Below are positions 12,195 to 27,764 of a DNA stretch of 64,000 bases, one piece after another. This DNA comes from Octopus sinensis (taxonomy: Eukaryota): assembly GCF_006345805.1 (NCBI RefSeq), contig NC_043008.1, forward strand, positions 62,000,001-62,064,000, in the 5' to 3' direction. The notes below the pieces were generated by a model. The model worked only from the letters and a program-made list of their open reading frames with translations. It searched no databases and was not told the origin of the DNA. A program made the translations under genes and the position numbers. The first letter of the stretch is position 1; every line of letters starts with the position of its first letter.

Positions 12195-13159
12195 GTGTAC
12201 ATACATATATATGTAACATGTACACACACACATACATATCTAAGTGTGTGTGTATTGTGACTTTGTGTGTGCATGTGTGTTTGTGTGTGCACATATATAT
12301 TATATTGATCTGATGTATATACCACTGAGAGTTCTCTTGTTTAGAATATAAGAAAATGAATATGATATTATTGCGACCGTTTCCTTATTCATTTTCTATT
12401 TGATCTTAACACGAAATATGTGAAAATGTAAATTATAATTAGTGCAGCTCTGATACAAACAAGTAGAAGATGGTCATTTTGTTCTCTTCATGATGACTTT
12501 CATTATGGATATTACAGAAAGACAGATGGTAGCTTAAGTGACATTTTCACGTGTTATCCGATCTGCATTTAAAATGATCCGTGGGCAGACTTAGGACGAA
12601 GGTCCATGAATGACATATTTAACAATGGATATAGACATTGAATGTTTTAGTGGGTACCTAGATGGGACAGAAGGGTTCTCCTGTCTTTCCATAAGATATT
12701 TCTTCAAAGAGTGAAATGCAGTAACATCAAATATGCATCAGCATTGTAGTCTGAAATCCGTCTCTGAGATATAACTACATCCAAATCTCTGTAGCTTTCA
12801 CAATAAGATAGGTGCATTGTTAAATCAATACCTACGCAAATCACTGGCATAACTAATGTTTAAAGAAAGGTGATATCCTTCTAGTCCACAGAGGAGAGAA
12901 GTTCAATTTAGTGGTACTAAAATGAGTTACTCACTGTAATTCATTTAAACCTATCTATATATGAAGCACTCACTGTAATTCACCTAAACCTATATATCTA
13001 TATATATATATACACACAAACACACACATATATACGTATGGTGATAGGTAGAAATATAGATTGATTGAAGGATAGATAGATATCCGAGTGCAGAATGAAG
13101 CAAATTTGATTCATCACTTAACTATAATATATATATATATATATTATATTATATATATC

Positions 13160-13194
<35 letters not shown>

Positions 13195-13195
<1 letters not shown>

Positions 13196-13345
13196 ATTCG
13201 ACAGGCTTCTTTCAGTTTACGTCTACCCATCTACCAAATCCACTCACAAGGATTTGGTCGGCGCGAAGCTATACGAGAAGACACTTGCCCAAAGTGGCAC
13301 GTAGTGAGACTGAACCCGGAACCATGTTGTTGGAAAGCAAGCTAC
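13195..13345 (-). mobile_element. SINE family 1 5' fragment
   Basis: Reverse complement of the head and CORE-like part of the 1627 copy. Confidence 0.85.
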
Positions 13346-13364
13346 TTACCACGCATCCACGGCT

Positions 13365-13412
<48 letters not shown>

Positions 13413-14184
13413 GTATATATATATATATAGAGAGAGAGAGATATAGATAGATAGATACATAGATAGATAGAGATATACAAATACACATATGTATACATAT
13501 GTACACACGTGTATATGCATACATCCCACGTACAAATATTGCTTTCCCCATTGGATTATAATTAATTTTATGGATTGATCGCAAATCAATACTAAAAATA
13601 TAAATTGAATATATTTCATTTCATTTGTAATTATTATTTTATCATTATTATAGATTATTTCAAATTATTCTAGAACAATGTCACGAAATTGTAATTGGAA
13701 ACTTGAACAGATTTACAGGTGATGGTGTTAGGTCACGTGGTAAAGAGACTTGCTGAGCTCCCTGTTACTGTTGTATTAAAATGTGTTACACAATATCAGA
13801 AATGATTTTAGTGGATTTTAGTGGATTTTAGTGGATTTAGTGTGTAAGGAACGTTTTAGCACGGCCGATTTTGCTTAGACTACTTGGCATTGCTCTCTGA
13901 TACTAACTTATTTGATATCAAAAATGATCCTCCCCTCGCCATTCTCTCTCTCCATTTTTCTCTTCCGCATTCTGTTGCTATGAGTATATTTCTCCGCGCG
14001 CTTACGTGTGTCCATGTGTTTCCCTTCAGTGCTAAAAAGTACTCAAACTAAATCAATTTCCTATTAAATCGTCACCATCCAAACAAGCACGTTAAATCGT
14101 TCAATTCCAGATTTTGCCGTGTAGCTTGATAATCAAATAACATACAGCATGAAAGCAGGAGAGCAGATGGAATCTTACAGATTA

Positions 14185-14498
14185 AATGTTGCTGTTGTTT
14201 GTTCCTTTTCGGGCCATGCCTGGCTCATAAAGACCGGTTTCCCGGTTTTATTGGCGTATAGGTTCCCACCTGGTAGGGACGCCGGTCTGTCGCAAGTGCG
14301 CTGCTAGATGAAGGAGGAAAGAGTGAGAGACATTTGTGGTGAAAGAATCAGCAGAAGTTTGTCATTGCTTTCTGCCGGAGCCGCGTGGAGCTCTGGTGTT
14401 TCGCTCATAAACACGCACATCGCCCAGACTGAGATTCGAACCCGTGATCCTTCGACCGTGAGTCCGCTGCTCTAACCACTGGACCATGTGCCTCCACA
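14185..14498 (-). mobile_element. tRNA-derived SINE, family 4
   Basis: Minus-strand head gtggaggcacatggtccagtggttagagc...gggttcgaatctc has A and B boxes. The middle domain is shared with 47617-47980. Confidence 0.8.
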
Positions 14499-14559
14499 AT
14501 TAAATGACAACAAGCAAATTAAAGTAAAGACATGGTTAGTATGTTGCAACACCATCAAG

Positions 14560-14957
14560 CTAAGGTAATGATGTTTATCATGATAGTGACGACGTTGATC
14601 ACGTTGAAAATGATAATAATACTTACGAAAATGATTCTGATGACGATGATGAAATCGATAATGATGATGTGGGGGACGGTGATGATGCTGATAGCAATGA
14701 TGATGCTGATAGTAATAATGACGACGACAGTGGAGCAGTGCTGACGACGACGATGACGACAACGATTTTGATGATGATGATGATGATGATGACGACATCG
14801 ACGACGAAGTTGGTGATGATGATGATGATGATGATGATGATGACGACGTCGACGACGAAGTTGGGGATGATTATGATGATGATGACGAAGACGACTACGA
14901 CGACAATGACGATAACGATAATATTGATGATGATGATGATGATGGTGATGATGATGG

Positions 14958-14999
<42 letters not shown>

Positions 15000-15105
15000 C
15001 GACGACGACGACGAAGGTGATGGATGTGATATCGAACTAGTTAACTATGACGACAGCGACACTGAAGTCAACAACTAAGACAACGGTGACGACAACGATG
15101 ACGCC
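14560..15105. repeat. Degenerate (GAT/GAC)n microsatellite
   Basis: Directly visible; source of the poly-M/T/D/S ORFs. Confidence 0.95.
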
Positions 15106-15110
15106 ATAAT

Positions 15111-15738
15111 CTTTTCTACTCTAGGCACGTGGCCCGAAATTTCTGATGGAGGGGGTCCAGCCAATTAGATCGACCTCAGTATGCAACTGGTACTTAATTT
15201 ATCGACCCCCGAAAGAATGAAATGCGAAGTCGACCTCGGCGGAATTTGAACGCAGAACATGAAATACCACTAACAATTTCGCCCGGCGTGCTAACGTTGC
15301 TTATTTCTTTATTGCCCACAAGGGGCTAAATATAGAGGGGACAAACAAGGACAGACAAAGGGATTAAGTCGATTACATCGACCCCAGTGCGTAACTGGTA
15401 CTTATTTAATCGACCACGAATAGATGAAAGGCAAAGTCAACCTCGGCGGAATTTGAACTCAGAACGTAACGGCAAATGAAATACCGATAAGCATTTCGCT
15501 CGGCGCGCTAACGTTTCTTATTTCTTTATTGCCGACAAGGGTCTTAACAAAGAGGAGACAAACAAGGACAGACAAACGGATTAAGTCGATTACATAGACC
15601 CCAGTGTGTAACTGGTACTTATTTAATCGACCTCGAAAGGATGAAAGGCTAAGTCGACCTTGGCGGAATTTGAACTCAGAATGTGAATTCAGAAGCATTT
15701 TGCCCGGCGTGCTAACGTTTCTGCCAGCTTGGCACCTT
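15111..15738 (-). mobile_element. SINE family 2 trimer with mixed tail types
   Basis: Three units with junctions at about 15300 and 15517. The leftmost has tail type A (cttttctactctaggcac) and the other two have tail type B (tatttctttattgcc). Flanking 16-bp duplication at 15095-15110 and 15739-15754 (14/16 identical). Confidence 0.88.
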
Positions 15739-16574
15739 ACGACGACGACATAATAACTATGATAAATGTGATGATTATTATTGAATCAATCAATACAAAT
15801 CTGAACACAAACTATTCCATGATTATTAATAGATTTATGCTACTGAAATCATTCCACTTCCAGTCAAATATATGCGAACCACCCACGTAAAATTTAGCTT
15901 TGATGAAGCTCATTTTAGTACATACTTAATATATGCGACTCCTAGACAATGTGTCAAGTGCTATATACTTTCCTCTGTTCTGCCATTTGTATACACACAC
16001 GCACGCATACACAGACATTCACACACACACACACATGTTATTCAAATTTACAGAAAACAAAAGACGAAAAGGGGGAAGTAACAACAAACAGGTGTATCAT
16101 TTTGACGCTGGGGAAGAATGTAAAAGTCTTTGACGTTTCGAGCCTACTCTTTGACAGAAAGGAAAAACCTCTAGAGATTAAAAAGAAACAAACTGAAAAT
16201 AAAGAACAGAGAGAGAGAAAAAAAATCTGTAGAGATTAACGGATCAAAATGATGAATATGCATTTCGTAAATATTTCTTTGCGTCAGCTGATTAAAAGCT
16301 AGAATTTTCAAGGGTTTTATTCATTAATGAAAGTGCAATTCTAGCAATGAAAATGCAATTCATTAACGAAAGTGCAATTCTAACAAGAACAAAGGTGTGT
16401 CCTTGGAACCAATCGTTTTCAGTATTTGGATTCTGTCTATATTAAATGAAAGCTCGCATATTTTCGGCTTTCATGTAATGTGGTTATATGGTCCATGGAG
16501 CCAAATGAAGAGAAAACTACTCAGATGCTGCATATCAAAAAGACCTGAAATAGGAGTGCGGCTGTTAGGGGTTT

Positions 16575-16584
16575 CTATAGTAGC

Positions 16585-16615
<31 letters not shown>

Positions 16616-16901
16616 ATGGCGGCGGCAGTGGTGGTGGTGGTGGTTGTTGTTGTGGTTGTTCTTGTTATTGTGGCGGTGGAGGTAGTAGTAATAGTAACAG
16701 CAGAGGTACCTGCAGGTGTAGAAGCAGTAGTAGTAGCAGTAGTAATTGGAGGAGGAGGAGGAGGAGGAGGAGGGGGAAAAGAAGGGGAGTAAAAGAAGAT
16801 GTAAAAGAAGATGTAAAAGAAGAAAAAGAAGAAAAAGAAGAAAAAGAAGAAGAGGAGGAGGAAAAAAGGAGAAGAAGAAAAAGATGAAGAAAAAGAAGAC
16901 A

Positions 16902-16934
<33 letters not shown>

Positions 16935-16960
16935 AAGAAGAAGAAGAAGAAAAAGGAGAA

Positions 16961-16996
<36 letters not shown>

Positions 16997-17050
16997 AAGA
17001 AGAAGAAGAAGAAAATCAACAGCAATAACATAAGAAGAAGAAGCGGAGGA
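16575..17050. repeat. Compound (GTA)n/(GTG)n/(GGA)n/(GAA)n microsatellite
   Basis: Directly visible. Confidence 0.95.
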
Positions 17051-17112
17051 GTAGTAAAAGTCGGTGTATTAGACCGTTATCATTCAGTCAGGGAAAACTA
17101 GGGTTCGACGTT

Positions 17113-17320
17113 AGCTGGCAGAATCGTTAGCACGCCGTATTTCGTTTGCCGTTACGTTCTGAGTTCAAATTCCGCCGAGGTCGACTTTGCCTTTCATTCT
17201 TTCGGGGTCGATAAAGTAAGTACCAGTTACACACTGGGGTCGTTATAATCGACTTAATCCGTTTGTCTGTCCTTGTTTATCCTTTCTGTGTTTAGCCCCT
17301 TGTGGGTAGTAAAGAAATAG
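17113..17320 (+). mobile_element. SINE family 2 copy with a short deletion in the head
   Basis: gctggcagaatcgttagcacgcc|gtatttcg...gtcgactttgcctttcat...gtagtaaagaaatag. Confidence 0.88.
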
Positions 17321-17533
17321 TTACTGGGAAGGTATTTCAGTCCCCATTGATTTGCCATTCGATTAATACTGACCTCAGACTAAAATATAGCTCATACCTG
17401 ACTCACTTAGAATAGGTTTCCGCAACTGCTACACACTCATATGTTATGCACGCACGCACGCGCACGCACACATATGTATATATATATACGCATATGTATG
17501 TACATGTTTACTGTTATACGCTTATCTATGAAT

Positions 17534-17564
<31 letters not shown>

Positions 17565-20279
17565 CACACTATATTAAACTTTTAGTACTTTTTGATAGTT
17601 TCAAATTTAAAGAAAAATAAAATAAATAAAATAATAATAAATATATATATATATATTTTAAATTTATAAGTTTAATTTATTAATTTAAATAATTTTTTAA
17701 AATTTTAACTTTAATTTAAATATTTTAATTGGATTTTTATATTTTATATTTTATATTTTTTATATTTTTTAATTAATTTTATTTCTATGTATTGGCTTAT
17801 GATTTTCACTGTTTGAGTTGCCTAATAGTGGTTTTATCTCTACTTTAATATAATATAATATATATATATATATATATATATACTTACACACTTATATGTG
17901 TGTATGAGTGTGTGTGAATGTGTGTGTGTGTTACTGTGTGTGTGTGTGTGTGTGTGTGAGTGTGTGTTTCATACCAAATATATGTAGAACATGATGTATA
18001 TATTTGTCTGACAGAAAAAAATCTCTAAGCCCCCCCCCATATCACTTTTCTAATGCATCTCGTCCCCATATACATATACTGTATTTTTGGTACATGTCTA
18101 TTAAAGAAGTTTGTCTCCAATAATATATATGCCATCCTACCACTAAATAGTGTATATATGCCGAGTTTTGAAACACAATAATGTTGCTTCAGTTGCATAT
18201 GCAGAGTTTGTTACAATCTGGCAAGCTTTCTGCAATATCAGTGAATGTATTACACTATTACACACTGTTTCTTATATATTGAATATATCTAGTACACTCC
18301 ATTGACGCTCTCGTACACTTCATTGAGAATACCCAATAAACCTGACACGCATCTGATATTTCCCGCGTTACTGCTGCGCCAATGTTCTCCTCGCTTCGAT
18401 ATGTATGTGTGGGTATATATGTGAGAGTGTGTGTGTGTTTTATGCGTATATATGTATACGTATATGAATTGTTATTTATCCCAAGAATTGAAAGTACAGA
18501 ACACATGAATTTGAAAATACACAGGGAATATATTAAAGTTAATTAGAATTTATTCAGACTTTAAAATATGAGATTTTCGAATGTGTTTAGTATATGGAGT
18601 TGTTTCGCAAATTATGTTCCTTCTGGTTGAGGTAAAAATTCTTTTGATTTTAATGCTCTCCTTTAAAGTACAGATTGATTAGTGTCTGTGTTCATGTGTT
18701 AAGCTCACGTGTCAGTCACGCAAGAAGGTCACACAAATGCTTTCTCCACTGAATATGTCATATGACAGAAAAGATAGATATGAGTAAGTGATAAAACTAC
18801 AGTTTATGCTGTATAACCGTTATTTATAATGCACAGATAGCTGTATCAGTTGAAAGTTTTATTAGGCTGTGTGCAACATATGTGTGTGTGTGCCTGTGTG
18901 TGTGCCTATGTGGTATGTGTGCCTGTTTCTCTGTGTATCTGTGTCTCTGTGTGACTGTATGATTGTGTCTAATGTAGAAAGTCTTATGGTTTTGCAAAGC
19001 AACATGCACGGCTGGAAACCATGAATTTCACCTTGCACCAGTTAAATATAGCTTTACAGCTAGTAAGTTACCATTGTTTTTCATAAATAGATTATACCAG
19101 AGATCTTCCATTTCTGAATCGATGCTTTCCAAACAACAACAACAGCAACAACAAAACACCAACAACAATTCTAACAACATCAACAACCTCCTGTTATTGT
19201 AAAATAATTATCGCTGTATTTCTTGCGTGTAAAAGAAATATTGGGAATTCAGTGTAAAGCAAATAAATCAATCACTTGTGACATGCAATGAATGTTATTT
19301 CACCTCAATGCAGATAATGAGCTATTGTTTTGTATTCAATTCTCAACTTCTTGTAACATTACTCCTAATGAGTATATCTGAACTGACAGTTTGATTTTGG
19401 TATTTTTTCTTTCACTCCTAGTAAGCTTGCTATCAACAATACTATTTTGAATATGTTTAACAACATATATCCTCCGATGTGCTCAAACGCTTACATAATT
19501 TTTCGTGCTTGCTTTTAGTTTTCATTTTATTTTTGCCTGCAGTATTTCAAAAAAAATAACGTTACATCTCTACATTTCGCTATCTATTTATTATCAATTG
19601 GTTGGCTTTTACTTTACAAATTTAACCGTGTAAATTTGTTGCATCATCCGGCAACGGAGTTAATATAAGTGCGTGCCCTTTCCTGAATTCACAGATACAT
19701 AAGCATTAACGCTTATAGAGCGATGTAAGAGCATAAGACTGTTAAATAATTGATACTATTACAAGGCACGCACTGTAGTGCAGACGTGGAATGACATTAT
19801 TATCCCCAAAAAGAAAGAAGCATAGATAATTTCATTATAAAATAATATATAAGTAAAAGTGTTCAAATCAGAGCAATATACTGGAAAGATTTAATGGAGT
19901 TTACCTAATATCTATTTATTTATTTTCGTCAGATATTTCCCTTTTTACAGGATCAAATACTACTTTATTTTTTTCTATCCTATTCTAAATTCTATTTCCT
20001 TTATATCACGAATAATTTCGAAGAGAGCTTCCAATAATGGTTGTTTATCTGTCACATACAATATGTTAATATTTATGTGAAACATAGTGCTTTACTTCGG
20101 CTTTAAATGTTTATTTTTCTTATGTGTGTGGTTTTTTTTTTATCATTTTTTACTCATAATCGTATACACACACTACTAATGTGAATCCGATTTAATATCA
20201 GAAACCAATTATCCACAAATATGGTGAAAATATAGATACCTTCGATAATCATCAGTACATATGCACCTGTAAACGTATA

Positions 20280-20712
<433 letters not shown>

Positions 20713-21021
20713 ACATATATATTTCTCACATAATCATTATCATTAATGTCTTCATCTCAATCCTCGTCGTTGTCATCATCATAATCACTCATGAATATAA
20801 AAGTTCGAATGCTTTTGTAGTTCTGAAACATAATTTATCCATATTCCTCTCTTGATCTTGTATATCTTCATTGCGCCTTTCTGGATCAACACACACCTGG
20901 TTCTGCCATCTTTTATAATCTCATTCACACTTAGCACGTATTCAAGTAATCATCTCTCTCTCTCTCTATCTCTAAATATATATATATATATATATATAAT
21001 TAAATATATATATATATATAT

Positions 21022-21055
<34 letters not shown>

Positions 21056-21600
21056 ATATACATGTATATATATATACATATATATATCAATCCTAATACT
21101 TGACTGATATGTTGTGCTTCCTACCGTGAAAGGATGACGGATGGAGTTGATATCGACGGGACCACAGCACCAGATGTAAAGCTCCATAATGAAGAATATG
21201 AATGATATTTATTCTGTAATAAGTAATTTCCAAGATTGCAGGGTGTACTTTTAGAGAGAATTGACTGCTATCTATAGTTTGTAGGATAAACATACAGATT
21301 ACTCGTTTGATTTAATAACAATATATCTGTCACTTGAAATATACTATCTAAGTGTGAGACAGCGCGCTTGTTTTATTTTTTCTAAAGTTTTCTACCTTTT
21401 TTTTTTTAGTGTTATTCATATATATACACAACTAATGCGAATCTGAATTACAGTTACATCTTTCCTAGTAACCAGTATATATACATTCATGCATGCATGT
21501 ATATATATATATATATAAGAATGTTTGCGTAATAACATTAAAAAAACCAACGCTGTATAGATAGAGCATTTACAGATAGATATACATATATATATGTATA

Positions 21601-21653
<53 letters not shown>

Positions 21654-21760
21654 GTATACATGTGTATATGCGCGCGTGTGTGTGTATGTGTGTATGTGTG
21701 TATGTGGATATATATATATATGTATATATATGTATATATATGTATATATATATATATAGG

Positions 21761-21806
<46 letters not shown>

Positions 21807-23579
21807 CATACATACACACGCATATAATCTTTACCATAAGAGTCTACCACTTTATCATCCTCATCGCCGTTACTCTCATCCTTATTATCATCATCGCTGC
21901 CATGATAATTGTTTTAGAATCATAATTATTGTTTGATGGATGTGATAGGTTTTTATCACAACTTGTCACTGTTTCTTTTGATCTTGTGTCATTTATTTTA
22001 GGAGCTCATCTTAGGATCTATAATTGCATCCACATCTAGCCTGCATTCTGTTAATATATATATCAACTTTAGCATTTGATTGGTACTTTATTTCACAATG
22101 CCTTGAATGTGCAAAACAAACTTACATTGACTTGAAACGAACACCATGCGTAAATATCATTTACAACATATCACAATCTCGCTCAACGCTCAAACATTTC
22201 TACAAGTCTTGACGTAAAAAAATATTTTCATTAACTCATTTTCAAGACTACGTTGTAATTTTAAACTCACTTGACTACTATTTATTGCATGCCGAAACTT
22301 AGCAGCAAGCATAATTTAAAATCTTTTTTTGCTTACAAAAATGTTAGCAACTCCATGTATTTTATCCGGCCCATTCTTTCACAAGCTACTATAACATAAC
22401 TAGAAATGCACTACCAGCAATACAGCTACCTAGGTAACAAAAATTGTTACTTTTTATCATACGTACCGTGCATCGTTGCAATTCATGACATTTATTTTTT
22501 CTGTATATGTAACACATCTTGTACACTTCATCAAATAGTTTAATGATAAGTTCTAAAAACCTCTCGTACATTCATTTATGCTCGTAATTTAAGCAACATT
22601 ATTAAATGAGAAATGCAAGGTACCGTTTTTCCAGTATTTCTACTAATCTCAGCTTCTGGAACGTATGCAGTAAGACTCTGGCGGCATATAAACACCAACA
22701 ATTATATGTCACCTCTCGGTCTTTTCGCTAAGATCAACGCGTGCTATTATATAATTTTTTTCTGAACGGTTTAGAGATTATACTAGAGCAAAATTTCTCT
22801 CTGGGGCGTTAATGTACGTAAACCATTTCTTCTCTAGCTTTCCTGATCAGCTAGATAATACAATGGACGCTCTTCACGTTCAATAAATTCCTTGATCCAC
22901 CAACGATATAACTTCAAATGAAAAAAATAAAATAAAACAAAAGCATTGAATCCCTGTTCATACAAAACAAAGACGACACGAAAGACATAGAATAATGAAC
23001 TGTGAAGTTGGTATTCTGTGACAGCTAAGATAAAGAACTAAAGAATATGCCGAGCCAACTCAGTTCTCAGCAGTGCAACTTTCTCGCGGTCTCTATTATT
23101 AACAAGTACTTTGTTCTTTGCAATGGTGACCTTTCAAACATACTAACAATACACTGCTCGCCCAGATTTAGAATATTTTCTGTAGTTTTTCAACGAATTC
23201 TGCAATGTGAACTATGGTATTAACATACAGTGTTGCTGCAAACTGACATATCAAGCTATTCATTTGATTCGCTGCCCAAAAATATTTGTGTATGGATAGA
23301 AGCAATCTTACGAGTTACTATTATATCCCATATGTGTTTGTGTGTCTTGTGCGTGCGCAGTGTGTGTGTGTCTCTGTCAATGTATGGATGCATATATACA
23401 TGTGTGTGTGTGCGTGTAAGTTATATATACATATGTATATATATACATGTATATTCATATACATATATACATTTATATGTACGTATATATATGAATGCAC
23501 ACATGCCTACATATGCATATATATATGTATACATACATATGCATATATATATATACACATATATACATATATACATGCA

Positions 23580-23612
<33 letters not shown>

Positions 23613-23749
23613 GAACGCATATATTTATGAATCTCTGTGTGTGAACATATTAATTTCTTTTGATGCGACCAAGGTGTAATAAGTATGTACGCGTATATAT
23701 GTATTTCTTAAGTCGTCTATAATCTATATTTTGGAGAATAAATTATGTG

Positions 23750-24034
23750 TACGAGTGTTCGTGCACTTGATAATATTCCTGTAAAATCATGCAAGTCGGC
23801 GTATAAATGTGTGCATTTGAGAAGAATTGCTGAAAGATGCCCAGCTTTGAGGGCCTCACGAAAGGCCTGATTAGAGGCCCAAAGGTCTGAATTATTTAAC
23901 AGGGCTTAGAAAAACTCAAAGCCTGCTGCAATGTGTGAATCTGAGAGGAAAACATGTTGAATGAAATCATAATTAACCGATTTTCTTGTATTTTCTTTTA
24001 CCCAAAGCCAGGAAATATTCAGCACCCGATCGTA
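23750..24034 (+). mobile_element. Mariner deletion derivative (MITE-like), degenerate
   Basis: Right TIR ...ccaggaaatattcagcacccgatcgta. The internal [10 protein letters not shown] resembles a mariner C-terminus, and it is homologous to 36581-36780. Confidence 0.65.
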
Positions 24035-24061
24035 TGTATACATGTGCATATATATATATAT

Positions 24062-24097
<36 letters not shown>

Positions 24098-24186
24098 CAC
24101 ACATATATATATATATATACACATATATATATACATATATATATATACATATATATATGTGTGTGTGTGTATATATATATATGTAT

Positions 24187-24217
<31 letters not shown>

Positions 24218-24331
24218 CATATAATATATACATATATATATATATATATATACAATATATATATATTTATATATATATATATGTATAATATATATATATA
24301 TATATATATATCTATATATATATATATCTAC

Positions 24332-24423
<92 letters not shown>

Positions 24424-24769
24424 TGTACAGAGGTTTATGAGGTAAGCAATTTGGACTGTAAAAATGTATGGAATAAGCAGAGCAGGAGCACACACGTGGA
24501 CAGAAAGTGTCGCTGAAGAGGTCACAGATGTGTGACGAAAGATTTCTGGACAATGGATATGAATTAAAATAAGAAAAGTAATAAACAAGTGGAGAACGAA
24601 AATATAGTGCATGTGTTTATGGGAAAACAGGCTTATTGGTTAGGCCCTTTCAGGGATGTACAATGCAACTCTACCCTGACTTTTTTCTCTTGTTTCTCTA
24701 TGTGATACAGCACAGATTTCTATATTAATCGCTGCCTCATGCATCACATTTGTCTGTAGATATATACTC

Positions 24770-25170
24770 TTTTACTTGTTTCAGTCATTTGACTGCGGCC
24801 ATGCTGGAGCACCGCTTTTAGTCGAGCAAATCGACCCCGGGACTTATTCTTTGTAAGTCCAGTCCTTATTCTATCGGTCTCTTTTGCCGAACCGCTAAGT
24901 GACGGGGACGTAAACACACTAGCATCGGTTGTCAAGCAATGCTAGGGGGGACAAACACAGACACACAAACATATACATACACATACATACATATATATAC
25001 ATATATACGACAGGCTTCTTTCAGTTTCCGTCTACCAAATCCACTCACAAGGCATTGGTCGGCCCGAGGCTATAGCAGAAGACACTTGCCCAAGATGCCA
25101 CGCAGTAGGACTGAACCCAGAACCATGTGGTTGGTAGGCAAGCTACTTACCATACAGCCACTCCTGCGCC
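24770..25170 (-). mobile_element. SINE family 1, near full length
   Basis: Reverse complement of the 1627-2039 copy. Confidence 0.9.
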
Positions 25171-25868
25171 TGTGTCTCCGTAAGTGCAATGCATATTGCT
25201 TGATTGCATGCTGAAAGATCCCTCATTTACTCATTTTTATGCTTGCAGTTGTTTTGTAGGATGCCTCTGGTATATCTTAATAGAACTGAACGCAAATAAT
25301 TCCTCGATAAATGCGTTTCACTTAATAATGAATGTTTCTAGGCTATCAATCTCAAGAAAAATATGCAGTTTTAGGCGTATGACATCAATGTTTGGTACCG
25401 TTATCGAAATGTATGCCGATATAATACAAGTATTCACTTCTCAGGGATTAGGGATTAATAATTAACTCTTGATTTTAGCTGGACATAAAATCGACAATTT
25501 TCCAGCAATATTTATAAGAGTAGGCCAAAATGTTATGTTTATTCAGAAAGCAGCATCCCGTGTGTATTAGGTTGCTGCGGCATCACATTATTCTGTCCAA
25601 ATTGAATGATTGAAGACAACACAAAATTCAGTAAAACAACAGCCGACTAGTTTTTAATTCTGGTGTAGTTGATATCGTCATCAGCAGGCAAGGGCATATA
25701 ACAAATAACAAACTATAACGTTACTCAACAAGCGAAAAATTCCATTTTGCAGACAATTTGTTAATAGCTTATGTCAGCAACCACCTATTTGATGCCAACA
25801 TTAGACTGCTTTGCTCTCAAACACATTGTTTCAAAGAGATATGAATGATATGGATGTAACATACGTAC

Positions 25869-25942
<74 letters not shown>

Positions 25943-25958
25943 TATATATATATACATA

Positions 25959-26035
<77 letters not shown>

Positions 26036-27344
26036 TATATACATATATATATTTACATATATATATATATATGTATGTATGTATATGGACGTTTACGTGT
26101 GAGTGTATGCACTTGCGCACATATATGCATATACATATATAGGTATGTATATATACATATATGTATATATCTATACACACATACATATATATATGCATGT
26201 ATGTATGTATGTATGTATACACACATGGCTTTTTACTGTGCTTTCAAAACTGGCCTCTCGAGAAATATGAAATCGCAGTATCATGCAATAAACTTGACTC
26301 AACCTACAATAATGAGTCCGTAAATATTACACTTTACCACTTAATATACACGTGTCGTATCATATGTATATACAAACATATATTCACATACATATATATA
26401 TATGTGTGTGTGTGTGCGTGTGTGTATGTGCATGTGTATGTAAGTGTATATGTATGTATATTTATACATATATATATATATGTGTGTGTGTGAGTGTGTG
26501 TGTGTATATATATTTACATACATTATTACTTGCATCATTACATATATACATACACGACAATTACCGTTTGCCTAGCCCACTGAAACAAAAGCGATTAACG
26601 TTGCCACTAGTATCAATTAAATACAGACACCTCGAATGTCGTTTCTTTTAATCGTTTTCCAGAAAATACCCGTCTTTATGTTGGATAATGAATGAGATAA
26701 TGGCTTAACTACCTTCAACATGAGAGGTTATTTTATTACTAGTTAACAGCACATGATTTCGTCGTTCTGGTCGCACATATAATTAACCCAGTGTAAATAC
26801 TTATTTGAATCCGGACACATATTTATCTCATAACGATCACACTTTATATAATATGATTCACACATTTTCTGTTGATATTATCAAATACTCGCATTTCTGT
26901 ACATATTAATAATATTCTGCAGAAGTTCGATCCTGAAGCGTGCAGTGACAAAGAAATGTATTTTTGTTTCTAATTCATTTAAGATGCCATGGTCTAAGAT
27001 ATTCTAGGTATCTTTTAAGATATATAGTCAAATATAATTTAGCCACAACTACACCTTTTGTATATGGAGTGTTACGTGACCGTATTTTCTGAGGTGATGG
27101 GGAGAATTTCATCGCTATTTGTAGTAGATCATGTAACCCTGTTTTTAACTACATCAGCTTAAAATGTATACATTATTTTTTATATAAGCTCAGGGTCATT
27201 AATTTCGATGGGATATATGTATATGAATCATACATACATAATATATGCATGTATTAATGTATGTATGTATGTATGTATGTATGTATGTATGTATGTATGT
27301 ATGTATTTATGTATGTATGTATGTATGTATGTATGTATGTATGT

Positions 27345-27762
27345 ATAGCGGCGTCTTACCTTCACTGTTATACGCGAGAAAGATATGGAATACTACGAAG
27401 AGGATAGGACATTGTTTAGCTTCGACTAAAAAAAGCCATAAAAAGATTCATGTTAGGAATATCATAAGAATATTCGAAAAGAAATCATTCGAGAAGGGAG
27501 CTGAGTGAACGATCTGAGTACCGAAAGCCAAAGTTTAGCTGGGCCGAAAATGTTGTGAGGTTCACAGACAACAGGTGGACTAGTGAAGTTTCCAAGTGTT
27601 ATCCAAAATATCGGAAAAAGCTACTTGAAAGGTCTCGACGATGATGTGAAGACGATTTAGTTAAACAGTTTGGGATAAAGATGGAAAAGAATGGTGCAAT
27701 CAAGACAGAATTGGAAGCGCATTGTGACCAGCGGTGCATAACATCATCTGACGTTTGTCGAT
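27345..27762 (+). pseudogene. RTE-clade LINE 3' end (ORF2 C-terminus and 3' UTR)
   Basis: Peptides GVLPSLLYARKIWNTTK and RKPKFSWAENVVRFTDNRWTSEV...ERSRR*CEDDL resemble the RTE C-terminal VLPxxLYxxExW and WAGHVxRxxDxRW motifs. Confidence 0.8.
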
Positions 27763-27764
27763 AC

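Noticed and set aside
14430-14498. tRNA-like sequence
   Set aside because: It is the head of a SINE and runs into SINE body sequence; there is no complete cloverleaf or Pol III terminator.
17590-17790. Extremely AT-rich stretch resembling a mitochondrial control-region insertion
   Set aside because: No adjacent mitochondrial gene or tRNA sequence; simple low complexity.
19668-19782. 10-bp inverted repeat (agtgcgtgcc/ggcacgcact) containing a miR-124-like seed (aaggcacgc)
   Set aside because: The rest does not match miR-124, and the ~87-nt interior does not pair as a pre-miRNA.
22825-22915. Possible minus-strand exon after a pyrimidine tract
   Set aside because: Weak AAG acceptor, stops in all three frames and no good donor site.
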